A stretch of DNA of 64,000 bases from an uncultured Anaerolineales bacterium (GTDB lineage Bacteria; Chloroflexota; Anaerolineae; Anaerolineales; UBA11858), in assembly GCA_964458115.1 (NCBI GenBank), contig CAYWIC010000003.1, forward strand, positions 1,255-65,254. The letters are read 5' to 3'. Below are positions 43,085 through 52,645 of the stretch, piece after piece (positions within the stretch are counted from its first letter, which is position 1; every line of letters begins with the position of its first letter). The position numbers were made by a program, and so were the translations under genes. The notes beneath the pieces were generated by a model, which worked only from the letters and a program-made list of their open reading frames with translations, had not been told where the DNA came from and did not search any database.

Positions 43085-43597
43085 TCACTCCGCAAGCGAT
43101 TGACGCACTTTATCGGCATCGAGGCTACCAATTTCTCGCCACAACTCTTCACCTCGCGGGTCGAAAAATACAAAAGTTGGTGTAAAAGAGCCATAATCGC
43201 GTGCAAGTTGTTGTCCTAAATCTGACTGCACATCTACCCGTACAACTTTCAGGCTATCTGGGAATTCAATTTCTAATCCATCCACGATGGGTTTTGCTGC
43301 TGCGCAAGCAAATCAATAAGGCGATTGCATCTCCAATAACACTGCCTGGCCTTGGCCTATTTCAGACTCGTACTGGTCCAACTCAATACTGGTACCTGGT
43401 TGGGGGCGCATGGAGAACCAACCAAAAAATAGAAAGACAGCAAGTACGATCAATATCACACCATCCTTGGGTGTGTATCCATCTCTTAAAAGTAGGAGTG
43501 CTGTAAAACCAAATACAAATAGAGCACTGATTAATATTGAGTAGTGGTTAATTATTTGCACCTTATCTCCTAGTTTCGTCCTTGACCCGTTATCCAT
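43085..43597 (-). CDS. Membrane-anchored thioredoxin-fold protein with in-frame TGA (43315-43313) at the first position of the redox motif: candidate selenoprotein (U-F-A-C)
   Basis: Track ORFs 43313-43597 and 43085-43285 are in one frame, separated by TGA plus 9 sense codons. The joined read is ...AVLLEMQSPY-TGA-FACAAAKPIVDGLEIEF..KVVRVDV..GSFTPTFVFFD. The Trx fold, including the cis-Pro TPT, is intact downstream of the TGA. Confidence 0.65.
43275..43312 (-). promoter_or_regulatory. Candidate bacterial SECIS hairpin(s) downstream of UGA
   Basis: mRNA UGA-UUUGCU-ugcgcagc-AGCAAA, and AACCCAUC-GUG-GAUGGAUU (one mismatch, G-first loop starting 27 nt after UGA). Folded by eye only. Confidence 0.35.
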
Positions 43598-43631
43598 CTT
43601 TCGTTAAAATTGCCACACCCTAATGGGTGAC

Positions 43632-43713
43632 GCCAAAGTGGCGGAACTGGCAGACGCGCACGACTCAAACTCGTGTTCCTTCGGGAGTGTGGGTTCGATT
43701 CCCACCTTTGGCA
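43632..43713 (+). tRNA. tRNA-Leu (anticodon CAA), type II with long variable arm
   Basis: Acceptor GCCAAAG/CTTTGGC, anticodon arm CACGA-CTCAAAC-TCGTG, variable arm TTCCTTCGGGAGT, T arm GTGGG-TTCGATT-CCCAC, discriminator A. CCA is not encoded. Confidence 0.9.
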
Positions 43714-43729
43714 CAGCGATTATAATTGA

Positions 43730-43770
43730 AAGAGTGGAGCCTGAATATAGCGGCTCCACTCTTTGATTTT
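43730..43770 (+). terminator. Intrinsic terminator after tRNA-Leu
   Basis: AAGAGTGGAGCC-tgaatatagc-GGCTCCACTCTT-TGATTTT. Confidence 0.75.
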
Positions 43771-44042
43771 CACACATTTTCACTTCAATGAATCCCCCAC
43801 TTAGGATCGAGAAGAAACGCACACCAAACTGAATCAACCTATCAGTTGTTATCGCTTCTAACGGTCCTACTACCAAATCGCGTTTGGCAAAGACGCTGTC
43901 GGCTTGTTATATTTGGCCCTCTTGCAAGAACAGAGGGGTTTATTCAATTCTAAGCTATTTTATTTTGCCGTCAAAAAATTATATGCAATAACTTAGTGCA
44001 TAATGGTCAATGTTGCAATACCTGACCATAGAGAGCTAAGAT

Positions 44043-45203
44043 TTAGGGTTCACAAGCGCTATCAGGAATGCCTATCGAGCCGCCATTCGAAAGGTCAATC
44101 TTGAGGTTTTTCGTCAACTTGCCACCACACGTATTCAGATTATAGGTGTATGTCGTTCGATCGACGGTGAATGTCTCTGCCTTTTCAGCACCTACAGTCA
44201 AGTAATAGAACTGCCCGCCTGCTCCATGCATATACACATATGCGGGTTTTTCGCTATTGTTATCAACAAGGAATCTGGCCAATTGGGGACGAGCAGATAG
44301 TACCTGGGCTGAAGGGGTTGTGGTTTTCGTCTCACAGGTTGCCGGAACGACCAGGCTGCCACCGTTGGAAAGGTTGAGAGCGTTATTTTTCGACATCTTC
44401 CCGTCACATGAGCCCAAATTATACGTGTAGGTCGTTCTTTCAACTGTGAATGTTTTTGAAGTATTCGCAGCAACTGCCAGGTAATAGTACTGACCGCCCG
44501 CGCCATGCAAATAGACATAGGCAGCATATGCACTGCGGTTGTCAACGGTGAATCTGCCCAATTGTGGTCGAGCGGATAGTACTTGGGCAGAAGGAGATGT
44601 GGTCGATGTCTCACAAGTTGCTGGGACGACCAAACTGCCACTGTGGGAAAGGTCGATCGCTTTGTTCTTAGAAAGTTTTCCACCACACGAATTCAAATCA
44701 TACTTATAGGTCGTTCGATCCACTGTGAATGTTTTCTCAGTCTTCGCTGCAACCGTCAGGTAATAGAACTGCCCACCTGCACCACGTAGATAAACATATG
44801 CGGTATATGCGCTGCGGTTATCAACCGTGAATCTACCCAATTGCGGTCGAGCAGATAGAACTTGTGCTGAAGGAGTTGTGGTTTTAGTCTCACAAGTGGC
44901 TGGAACAACTATGCTACCACCGTCTTTCAGATCGATCGATCCACTGGCAGATGTTCCACCACAAGTCACTAGCTTGTAAGTATATTTCACTCGCTCTACA
45001 GTGAATGTGCTCGAGGTCCCCGCCGCGACAGTCAAGTAATAGTATTCTCCCCCGGCGCCATTCATGTAAATATATGCAGGATAAGCACTATTATTATCAA
45101 TCGTAAATCGGGCTAATGTGGGTCGGGCGAATGCTGTCGAAGTCGATATTAGCAACAACGCCATAACAATGAATAATACTGCGGACAGTTTCTTGATCTT
45201 CAT
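44043..45203 (-). CDS. Secreted protein made of four ~88-aa tandem repeats, two Cys per repeat
   Basis: Start at ATG 45203/45206 after GAGGAGG. Signal peptide MKIKKLSAVLFIVMALLLISTSTAFA. Repeat unit ARPQLGRFTVDNRSAY.AYVYL.GAGGQ.YYLTVAA.T.KTFTV.RTTY.Y.L.SCGGK...VVPATCET.TT.PSAQVLS, four times. Confidence 0.8.
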   Translation of the reverse strand: MKIKKLSAVLFIVMALLLISTSTAFARPTLARFTIDNNSAYPAYIYMNGAGGEYYYLTVAAGTSSTFTVERVKYTYKLVTCGGTSASGSIDLKDGGSIVVPATCETKTTTPSAQVLSARPQLGRFTVDNRSAYTAYVYLRGAGGQFYYLTVAAKTEKTFTVDRTTYKYDLNSCGGKLSKNKAIDLSHSGSLVVPATCETSTTSPSAQVLSARPQLGRFTVDNRSAYAAYVYLHGAGGQYYYLAVAANTSKTFTVERTTYTYNLGSCDGKMSKNNALNLSNGGSLVVPATCETKTTTPSAQVLSARPQLARFLVDNNSEKPAYVYMHGAGGQFYYLTVGAEKAETFTVDRTTYTYNLNTCGGKLTKNLKIDLSNGGSIGIPDSACEP

Positions 45204-45409
45204 CATGATCCTCCTCATGAAACGTGTGAATAAAAACCCTATAAACAGAATATTCAAAAATAATTTTTAAACAATAGTACTTTCGGTTTATTTTCGGATT
45301 AAAGAGGTCATAAATGTGGGCAGCTTTGTTAAATTTCGCGTTAACGTCATGAAACAATGGGAAACCAGCATATAATTGCGAATACATAAACTTATTCCGG
45401 GAGGATCTT

Positions 45410-46336
45410 GTGCCATCACTAAACGAAGTTCTTGGTGTGATCATGGGGGGCGGTCGCGGTTCCCGACTCTACCCGCTGACCCGCGACCGAGCAAAACCAG
45501 CTGTACCCATCGCCGGGAAATATCGCATCATCGATATTCCTATCAGCAATTGCATCAATTCACGTATCGACCGCATTGCTGTTCTGACACAATTTAACTC
45601 GTTATCCCTGCATCGGCACATCACCAGCACGTACAACTTCGACCCATTCCACCAGGGATGGGTACAAATATGGGCTGCTGAACAAACAGATATCAATCCA
45701 AACTGGTATCAGGGCACAGCGGATGCGGTGCGTCAACAACTCCTTGAGATTCGCTCAACAGGCGCGAAGTATGTGATCATCCTGGCAGGCGATCATCTGT
45801 ACCGAATGAGCTATGCTGAGATGGCTCGCTTCCCTTGGGAAAAAAGCGCGTACATCACTGTGGCTGTTCAACCGGTATCCCCAGAACAAGCTCCTCGTTT
45901 TGGGTTACTTAAAAAGGATACAAACTTTGCGATTTCCGATTTTGTAGAGAAACCGAAAGATCCACAAATTCGAGCTCATTTTGCAAGCCGGGAAGACCCT
46001 TCTCGTCCCTACTTAGGTTCCATAGGTTTCTATTTCTTCAACACGATGCACTGATACAGGTCTTGGAAGGAAGCACAGAGGACGATTTTGGTGGGGAAGT
46101 GATCCCCAAGGCGATCCTCAGCCACAGAGTGTATTGTTTTGATTTTGACGACGGGTTGCGCACCCAGATCCAACGCGAAACCAAAATCTCAACTACCATT
46201 TTAATGGGTGTCGATTATTATGATCCTCACAATGGATATCGACAGCCAAGACTACTTTGTACGCGATGGAATAGTCGTCATCCCCAAGAATTCAACACTT
46301 CTCCCCGGATTTGTAATTGGACCGAAAAATTTATAA
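45410..46336 (+). pseudogene. glgC: Decayed glucose-1-phosphate adenylyltransferase gene
   Basis: N-terminal 214 aa are intact (GVIMGGGRGSRLYPLTRDRAKPAVPIAGKYRIIDIPISNCINS). A frameshift near 46040 creates TGA 46052. The next frame continues DALIQVLEGSTEDDFGGEVIP...FDFDDG, then about 100+ codons are missing. The C-terminal remnant DGIVVIPKNSTLLPGFVI is in a third frame and ends at TAA 46334-46336. Confidence 0.8.
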
Positions 46337-46343
46337 AAAAAGC

Positions 46344-46378
46344 CTGCGCAATACTGAACTGCGCAGACTTCTTTCTTT
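46344..46378. terminator. Weak hairpin + T-rich tract between the glgC remnant and the osmC-like gene
   Basis: CTGCGCA-atactgaac-TGCGCAG-acTTCTTTCTTT. Confidence 0.45.
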
Positions 46379-46380
46379 GC

Positions 46381-46788
46381 CTATGACATTGCTACCTCGG
46401 CGGTAGTGATTTCGAATATAGGGGGCATCTCCATGTGCTTCTTAACGGCACATTGCTCTGCAGAGCGAACCAAAGCGCTGCGATATTTTTCGGGGAATTC
46501 CGGGGGCACCTGAATTTCGAGCTGAACTGTACCAACCATACCGCGATTGATGGGGTCAGGAACAGCTCGCTGCACAATGCGGATTCCCTCCGTAGACAAG
46601 CCTCGCTGTTTGCAGAAACCCAAAACATAGATCCCCGCGCAGGTTCCCAGGGAAGAAAGAAACACTGCAAAAGGCGTTGGGGCAGAACCTTCTCCGCCAC
46701 CCATGGGAGGTTGATCTGTCTTTACGGTATAAGGGCCAAAGCTGGCATCTACGCGTGCGCCGCCGGGGAAGTTTATGATCATTTCCAT
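46381..46788 (-). CDS. OsmC/Ohr-family peroxiredoxin-like protein
   Basis: 135 aa with two conserved Cys contexts, LGTCAGIYV and SAEQCAVKKH. Confidence 0.85.
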   Translation of the reverse strand: MEMIINFPGGARVDASFGPYTVKTDQPPMGGGEGSAPTPFAVFLSSLGTCAGIYVLGFCKQRGLSTEGIRIVQRAVPDPINRGMVGTVQLEIQVPPEFPEKYRSALVRSAEQCAVKKHMEMPPIFEITTAEVAMS

Positions 46789-46978
46789 CTGATGATTTCT
46801 CCTGATTAATTCTCTGTTTTATCCATTGGATGCAAAAATGCGAATCAGGTTACATAGTTCATTGTTTTCGAAGTCGCAGGAAAAAATTCAGTTCGATTTC
46901 AGCCCCCCTTCAGAAAATCTTCAGAACAGCTATATACAATTGTCTCAAATTATCACTCAGAAGATCTGGAGATGATTC

Positions 46979-48388
46979 ATGAAAAAGTTGATTACACCCC
47001 TCATCATCATTATCGCTATCGCCGGTGGGGTCTATGGTTTCACTCGCTTCCGCCAACAGAAAAAGACAATAGATACACAGGCCAGTTATCGTACCCAAAT
47101 TGTTGAACGTGGCACTTTGGAGGCTATTGTGGGTGCCACGGGCAACGTCCGCTCGAATCAAAGTGCCACTCTGGTATGGAAAGCTTCGGGGACAGTTGAG
47201 GACATGTATGTAAATGCTGGCGATTCTGTAACCAAAGATGAGATTTTAGCCCAATTGCTAAAAGAGTCCCTCAGCGAAACATTGATCAACGCTCAGGCAG
47301 AGTTGGTTAGCGCTAAGAATGCTCTCGATGATCTCTACAAGAGATTTAATGATCTGGCGGTTTCTCAGGCCGAGAAAGCTGTTGCTGATGCAAAAAAAGC
47401 CTTACAGACAGCTGAACGCAAGCTAGCTACCCTTCAATCTCAGGCCCCCTCAGCTGACATCGACGCCGCAAAAGCGCAACTCGTACTGGCTCAGATCGAA
47501 CTGGAAAAAGCCCAAAAGGATTTCAAACCCTACGAGAATAAACCTGAAAATGATATGGAACGGGCAGTGTTTCTACAAAGGCTCTCTGAAGCGCAAAAAG
47601 CCTACGATGCCGCCGCTCGAAGGGTGAACAGTTTACAAGGAACTGCCAACGCCAATGACCTGGCTGTCGCGGAGGCAGATTTAGCTTTGGCAGTTGAACA
47701 GCTTGCCGATGCCGAAAAAGAGCTGGACAAAATACTCAAGGGTCCAAAGCCTGAAGACATCGAAGCTGCTCAAGCGCGCATCACAGCTGCCCAAATTACG
47801 CTCAACCGCGATCACATCAAAGCCCCCTTCGATGCCACAGTAACGTTGGTCGAAAGTAAACCTGGCGATATCGTTGCTGCTGAAACAACCGCCTTCCGCC
47901 TGGATGATCTTTCCCGTCTGCTGGTCGATGTACAGGTTTCAGAGGTGGATATCAACCGTGTCGCTATTGGTCAACCGGCTACGTTGAACTTCGACTCCAT
48001 CTCGAACAAGACCTTTCAGGGTGAAATTACGAAAGTCGCCCTGGTAGGAAATACTTCTTTGGGTGTGATCAACTTCAAAGTCACCATAGAAATCAATGAT
48101 GTCGATGAAAATATCAAACCCGGAATGCGAACTTCCACCAATATTACCGTAGAAGTCCTGGAAGATGTCTTATTGATTCCCAACGGTGCCGTCAGGCTCA
48201 AAGATAATCAACGCGTGGTCTATATCATAAAAGATAATTTCTTGACCCCGGTGAACATCACTTTAGGATCATCATCGGAAACCATGAGTGCTGTCATCGA
48301 AGGGGATTTGGAAGCTGGCGACGAATTGGTACTGAATCCGCCATCCCAGGATAGCGCCATGGATCTTTTGCTTCAAGAAGAAGAATAG
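46979..48388 (+). CDS. HlyD/MacA-type periplasmic adaptor (membrane fusion protein)
   Basis: N-terminal TM segment, long Ala/Leu/Lys coiled-coil hairpin (aa ~100-290), and beta-barrel C-terminus. Confidence 0.85.
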   Translation: MKKLITPLIIIIAIAGGVYGFTRFRQQKKTIDTQASYRTQIVERGTLEAIVGATGNVRSNQSATLVWKASGTVEDMYVNAGDSVTKDEILAQLLKESLSETLINAQAELVSAKNALDDLYKRFNDLAVSQAEKAVADAKKALQTAERKLATLQSQAPSADIDAAKAQLVLAQIELEKAQKDFKPYENKPENDMERAVFLQRLSEAQKAYDAAARRVNSLQGTANANDLAVAEADLALAVEQLADAEKELDKILKGPKPEDIEAAQARITAAQITLNRDHIKAPFDATVTLVESKPGDIVAAETTAFRLDDLSRLLVDVQVSEVDINRVAIGQPATLNFDSISNKTFQGEITKVALVGNTSLGVINFKVTIEINDVDENIKPGMRTSTNITVEVLEDVLLIPNGAVRLKDNQRVVYIIKDNFLTPVNITLGSSSETMSAVIEGDLEAGDELVLNPPSQDSAMDLLLQEEE

Positions 48389-48401
48389 AGGCTTATGCAC
48401 C

Positions 48402-49094
48402 ATGTCTGAAAATAACTTTGTCATTACCACCAAAGATTTGACCAAAACCTACCAGATGGGCGAGGTCGAGGTGCATGCGCTGCGCGGGGTATCAATTAAC
48501 ATAGTAAACGGAGAACTAATCTCGATTATGGGTCCTTCTGGTTCGGGAAAATCGACCCTGATGAATTTGATCGGCTGTTTGGATAGTCCCACCTCCGGTG
48601 AATATTACCTGGACAGCGGTGAGGTTTCAAAACTCAATGAAAACCAATTGGCCAACGTACGCAATCGCCGCATTGGCTTCGTTTTTCAGAGTTTCAACTT
48701 GCTGCCCCGGGCTTCGGCACTGGCAAATGTGGAACTTCCCATGCGTTACGCCAGCGCCAGTCGCAAACAGCGTAAAGACAAAGCCATAGCGGCCCTGGAA
48801 GCTGTGGGCTTGGCTGACCGCATGAGCCACCGCCCCAACGAAATGTCGGGTGGGCAGCAACAGCGAGTGGCCATTGCCCGCGCGCTGGTCAATGATCCGG
48901 CCATCATTCTGGCGGATGAACCCACCGGCAACCTCGACACCAAATCTGGCGATGAGATCATGAACTTGCTGCTCTCCCTCAACAAGGATCAGGGAAAAAC
49001 CATCATCGTCGTCACCCACGACCCCGAAATTGGCGAGTTGACCGAGCGCATCATCCGTCTACGCGATGGAAAGCTCGAAAAGGAACGAATATGA
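48402..49094 (+). CDS. ABC transporter ATP-binding protein (MacB/LolD-type)
   Basis: [35 protein letters not shown]. Confidence 0.9.
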   Translation: MSENNFVITTKDLTKTYQMGEVEVHALRGVSINIVNGELISIMGPSGSGKSTLMNLIGCLDSPTSGEYYLDSGEVSKLNENQLANVRNRRIGFVFQSFNLLPRASALANVELPMRYASASRKQRKDKAIAALEAVGLADRMSHRPNEMSGGQQQRVAIARALVNDPAIILADEPTGNLDTKSGDEIMNLLLSLNKDQGKTIIVVTHDPEIGELTERIIRLRDGKLEKERI

Positions 49095-50338
49095 ACGTCT
49101 GGCAATCCCTAGTAGAAGCACTCGAAAGTATTTCAGCGAATAAGTTGCGTTCGTCACTGACCATCCTGGGAATTGTGATCGGTGTGGCCGCCGTTGTCGC
49201 CATGATCGGCATTGGCCGCGGTGCAGAAAGCTCCATCACGTCAGAAATCCAGGGCATTGGTGCCAATTCACTCTATCTTTTCTCAGGCAGCGAAGCTGCC
49301 TATGAAGATGATGCTCAAATCATAAACATCAAACCGCTTACCATGGCTGATGCTCGAGCTTTGCTCGACCCTCTCAATGCCCCCTCGGTGAAATACATTT
49401 CACCCGAGATCAGCACCGACGCCGATATAACTTTTGGCAAAAGATACAAAAACACAACCGTAACTGGAATTGCTCCGGCAATCGCCATGATCAGCAACCT
49501 TCAAGTAAGCGAGGGCGAATTCATCACCGAAGCCCACATGCTGGGGCGTTCATCTGTTGTCGTCATTGGACCCAAGATCGGCATTAAACTATTTGGGCGC
49601 GCCGAAGCTTTGGTCGGTGAAATGGTGCGTATCAATGGGCAACCCTTCCGCATAATCGGCGTATTGAAATCGCGCGGCGGCTCAGGAGGTACAAGCGATG
49701 CCGATAATGCTGCCTATGTACCCATCACCACCGCTCAAAACCGTCTTATCTATCTCAGCGAGGTCGATCAGGTAGATGTGATCAATATTGGAGCAACCAG
49801 TGCAGACACAGTTAAATCTGCCAAAGAAGAGGTTGCTCAAATCATTCGCATGCGCCACCGCTCCCCAATTGGCAGAGATGATTTCACAATTTTGTCTCAG
49901 CAGCAATTTGTGGAAGCTTTCAAAAGCGTCACCAAAGTGCTCACTGTTTTCCTCGGAGGCATTGCCGGGATTTCCCTGCTCGTCGGCGGCATCGGGATTA
50001 TGAACATCATGCTGGTTTCGGTCACCGAACGCACCCGTGAGATTGGCTTGCGCAAAGCCCTGGGGGCGCGCAAGAGTGACATCCTGGTGCAGTTCCTGGC
50101 CGAATCGTCTTTGCTTAGCTTGTTGGGTGGCATCATCGGTGTTCTGCTGGCGATAGGCATTTCATCAATTGTTGCTCAAGTTGCTACTGCACAAAATGCC
50201 AATTTCACCCCAAAAATTACCAGTGATGCTGTTTTGTTGGCGACCGCTTTTTCAACCGTGATTGGTTTATTTTTTGGACTTTATCCCGCTAACCGGGCCG
50301 CCAGCCTTGTCCCGGTGGAAGCTCTGCGGTCTGAATAA
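49091..50338 (+). CDS. ABC transporter permease, MacB/FtsX-type
   Basis: ATGA overlap with the ATPase gene. N-terminal TM, large periplasmic domain, and C-terminal FtsX helices with [14 protein letters not shown]. Confidence 0.9.
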   Translation: MNVWQSLVEALESISANKLRSSLTILGIVIGVAAVVAMIGIGRGAESSITSEIQGIGANSLYLFSGSEAAYEDDAQIINIKPLTMADARALLDPLNAPSVKYISPEISTDADITFGKRYKNTTVTGIAPAIAMISNLQVSEGEFITEAHMLGRSSVVVIGPKIGIKLFGRAEALVGEMVRINGQPFRIIGVLKSRGGSGGTSDADNAAYVPITTAQNRLIYLSEVDQVDVINIGATSADTVKSAKEEVAQIIRMRHRSPIGRDDFTILSQQQFVEAFKSVTKVLTVFLGGIAGISLLVGGIGIMNIMLVSVTERTREIGLRKALGARKSDILVQFLAESSLLSLLGGIIGVLLAIGISSIVAQVATAQNANFTPKITSDAVLLATAFSTVIGLFFGLYPANRAASLVPVEALRSE

Positions 50339-50345
50339 AATAATT

Positions 50346-52214
50346 ATGAAAAGAAGAAAATTCCCATCCAGGTTGATCCTTCTCATATGCCTTGGTTTTA
50401 GCTTCCTGGGCCAGGAAACCCCCGCCTTTGGAGCCAGCGATCCGGATTCAAACATTCCTGAGTTTTTTGTATCCCAAAACGTAATCCTTTCTGCCGAGGA
50501 TAGCAGTTTGGAGGATAACTTCGGCTGGTCGCTGGCCGTCTCCGGTGACACCCTGGTTGTGGGTGCGCGCAATGAAGACCCAGAGATCGACGGCACAGTT
50601 GTTAGCAACGCTGGTTCCGCCTATGTCTTTGTCAAAGAAGATTCGATCTGGGCCCAGCAAGCCAAACTGGTTGCCTCCGACGCGGCCAGTTATGATGGCT
50701 TCGGCACATCCGTCGATATCCATGGTGATGTGATTGTAGTGGGAGCCAACGGCGCCAATCTCACCAGGGATAAGAAATCCTACAACAATGCCGGCGCCGC
50801 CTACGTATTCGAACGTAACGGCACTGCCTGGGAACAGCGCATCAAACTGACTGCCGGTGATCCTGCAAAGGATGATTTCTTTGGAGCCTCCGTAGCGATC
50901 CGAAAAGGGAGAATCGCCGTAGGTGCAGACGGTGTGGATCTCCAGGGCACCCCCAATGCCGGGGCAGTATATGTATATCTGCGCAGCGGCAAATTGTGGT
51001 ACCAAAACAGCAAACTCATCGCGGATGATCCGCAACCTGATGCGCTTTTAGGCTCCTCCGTGGACATTGATGGAAACTACCTGATCACCGGCGCCCCAGA
51101 ACCGGGGTCATATCTTGTCCGTCCAGGGGCCGCATATATTTTCCAGTACAACGGTGGCAGCAATTGGGTTCAGGCAATCAAGCTGACCTCCGACACAACT
51201 ACCGGTGGCGATTTCTTCGGACAATCCGTTGCTATTCACGGTGGAACAGCAGTGGTCGGAGCGGTGTACCAGGATATCACGCCCAAGGATAGAAACAATC
51301 CAGCGGGGTTGACCATCAAAGACGCTGGTGCTGCCTTTGTATTCTCACGAAGCGGAAGCAAATGGCAGCAGAAAGCCAAGCTGGTTGCCCGGGATGCCAG
51401 CCCGTTTGATAACTTTGGCGAATCAGTTGCGATCGACGACAATCTAATCGTGGTCGGTGCGGTCGGGGATGATCCCATCGGAACATATGCTGCCGGATCA
51501 TCTTATGTTTTTCGGCATGAAAAAAGCGAATGGCAGCAACTGAGCAAACTGGTGACGTTTGCACCAGAAGTCGATGATGCCATGGGGAAATCCGTGGCTG
51601 TAAGTGGAGACACCATCATCGTCGGTGCGACTGGCCGGGATGCCAATCAGCACCGCAATGCCGGGGCGGCGATGACCTTCTCTCTAAAGCAAGGAAGCTT
51701 GCCGTCAACGGGTTTTCCACGGGGCCAAAGTGCTGTGAAAATCCCTGAGAAACCTTCTTTGGGCGTGGTTCCCGAAACCCCTGGGGGCGGGCTCGCCCTC
51801 GAGCTTCCCAGCAGCCCACACTCAATTCCAATTGTTGATGTTCCGTTTGGTTCAGATGGCTGGGACGTCAGTTGGCTTCACAATCAGGCTGGCTATCTTC
51901 AGGGCAGCGCCTATCCCACCTGGAAGGGAAATACTGCCATTGCGGCCCATGTTCATAACTTCGATGGCCGTCCGGGACCATTTGCCAACCTGCACCAATT
52001 AAAATGGGGGGACCGCATTATCATCCACGCCTGGGGAATGCAGCATATTTACGAGATCCGAGAAGTCAAAGAAGTCTCACCCGATGACCTGTCGGTGCTG
52101 GCCCACTCAGAACAGGATGTCTTGACCCTGATCACGTGTAAAGACTTCAATGAAGACAAGTCTGCTTACGATCTCCGTTTAGCTGTCCGTGCTGTCCTGA
52201 TCTCTGTAGAATAA
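50346..52214 (+). CDS. Secreted seven-bladed FG-GAP-like beta-propeller - LPSTG motif - sortase-domain fusion protein (622 aa)
   Basis: Start at ATG 50346 (MKRRKFPSRLILLICLGFSFLGQETPAFGA). Seven units of D.FG.SVA..G....VGA...D....AG.AYVF. LPSTGFPRG at 51699-51713. Sortase motifs TAIAAHVH (His), LTLITC (Cys codon 52137-52139) and LAVRAV (Arg). Confidence 0.85.
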   Translation: MKRRKFPSRLILLICLGFSFLGQETPAFGASDPDSNIPEFFVSQNVILSAEDSSLEDNFGWSLAVSGDTLVVGARNEDPEIDGTVVSNAGSAYVFVKEDSIWAQQAKLVASDAASYDGFGTSVDIHGDVIVVGANGANLTRDKKSYNNAGAAYVFERNGTAWEQRIKLTAGDPAKDDFFGASVAIRKGRIAVGADGVDLQGTPNAGAVYVYLRSGKLWYQNSKLIADDPQPDALLGSSVDIDGNYLITGAPEPGSYLVRPGAAYIFQYNGGSNWVQAIKLTSDTTTGGDFFGQSVAIHGGTAVVGAVYQDITPKDRNNPAGLTIKDAGAAFVFSRSGSKWQQKAKLVARDASPFDNFGESVAIDDNLIVVGAVGDDPIGTYAAGSSYVFRHEKSEWQQLSKLVTFAPEVDDAMGKSVAVSGDTIIVGATGRDANQHRNAGAAMTFSLKQGSLPSTGFPRGQSAVKIPEKPSLGVVPETPGGGLALELPSSPHSIPIVDVPFGSDGWDVSWLHNQAGYLQGSAYPTWKGNTAIAAHVHNFDGRPGPFANLHQLKWGDRIIIHAWGMQHIYEIREVKEVSPDDLSVLAHSEQDVLTLITCKDFNEDKSAYDLRLAVRAVLISVE

Positions 52215-52393
52215 CTTCATTCACCATCAATGTACTGTCATGATCACATCAATTGTTCTAGCATTTCTCGTAAAATTTTATTTTCAGTATCAGGAAAAAA
52301 TATATCGGCTCTTCTCAAAAACTTTAGCCCCCCAAGAAGAGCGCAATTAGCCGGTCATTATTTTGAGCTACGATTTACAGTACAATAGAAACC

Positions 52394-52546
52394 ATGCACA
52401 ATTTCATCCAGACACAGAAACGCAACCTCAGTCAAGAAAAGGTAAACTCGGGCAGACAATTCGCCGTGGATTTTGCCCGCGGGCTAGCCGTACTTTTCAT
52501 GATCTGGGTGCACGTGCTTGAAATGTTCGCCAATACCGATGCCTAA
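52394..52546 (+). pseudogene. Possible 50-codon remnant of an acyltransferase-3/DUF1624-type membrane protein gene
   Basis: MHNFIQTQKRNLSQEKVNSGRQFAVDFARGLAVLFMIWVHVLEMFANTDA-stop. R..A.D..RG.A...M..H resembles the family N-terminus. Too short for the ORF track. Confidence 0.3.
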
Positions 52547-52625
52547 GACACATATTTTCAGTGATGTTATCGAATTCCTGGGTGGCCCACCAGCTGCCCC
52601 CGGCTTGATGCTGCTATCGTCCGAG

Positions 52626-52645
52626 TTATCCGTGTTCATCCGTGT
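52626..52645 (+). promoter_or_regulatory. Two tandem 10-bp direct repeats just upstream of the OmpR-family regulator gene (candidate autoregulatory box)
   Basis: TTATCCGTGT-TCATCCGTGT, followed by cCTAATAATc (-10-like) and ATG 52663 with no SD. Confidence 0.45.

Noticed and set aside
43632-43713. Possibility that the tRNA next to the TGA-containing gene is tRNA-Sec
   Set aside because: The anticodon loop reads CU-CAA-AC (Leu), the acceptor stem is 7 bp, and it has a normal type II Leu architecture. It is not a UCA-anticodon tRNA with an 8-bp acceptor stem.
43604-43876. 90-aa minus-strand ORF
   Set aside because: It overlaps tRNA-Leu. The VGIEPT peptide is the usual translation artefact of a T-arm (GGTTCGAATCC-like) sequence.
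46052-46054. TGA in glgC as a third selenocysteine codon
   Set aside because: The downstream homology continues in a different reading frame and large segments are missing. It is not a Cys position, and it is consistent with a frameshifted pseudogene.
43730-46380. Prophage or integrative element at tRNA-Leu
   Set aside because: No integrase, transposase, phage genes or repeated tRNA 3' end are visible. I kept only the weaker claim of an atypical, decaying patch.
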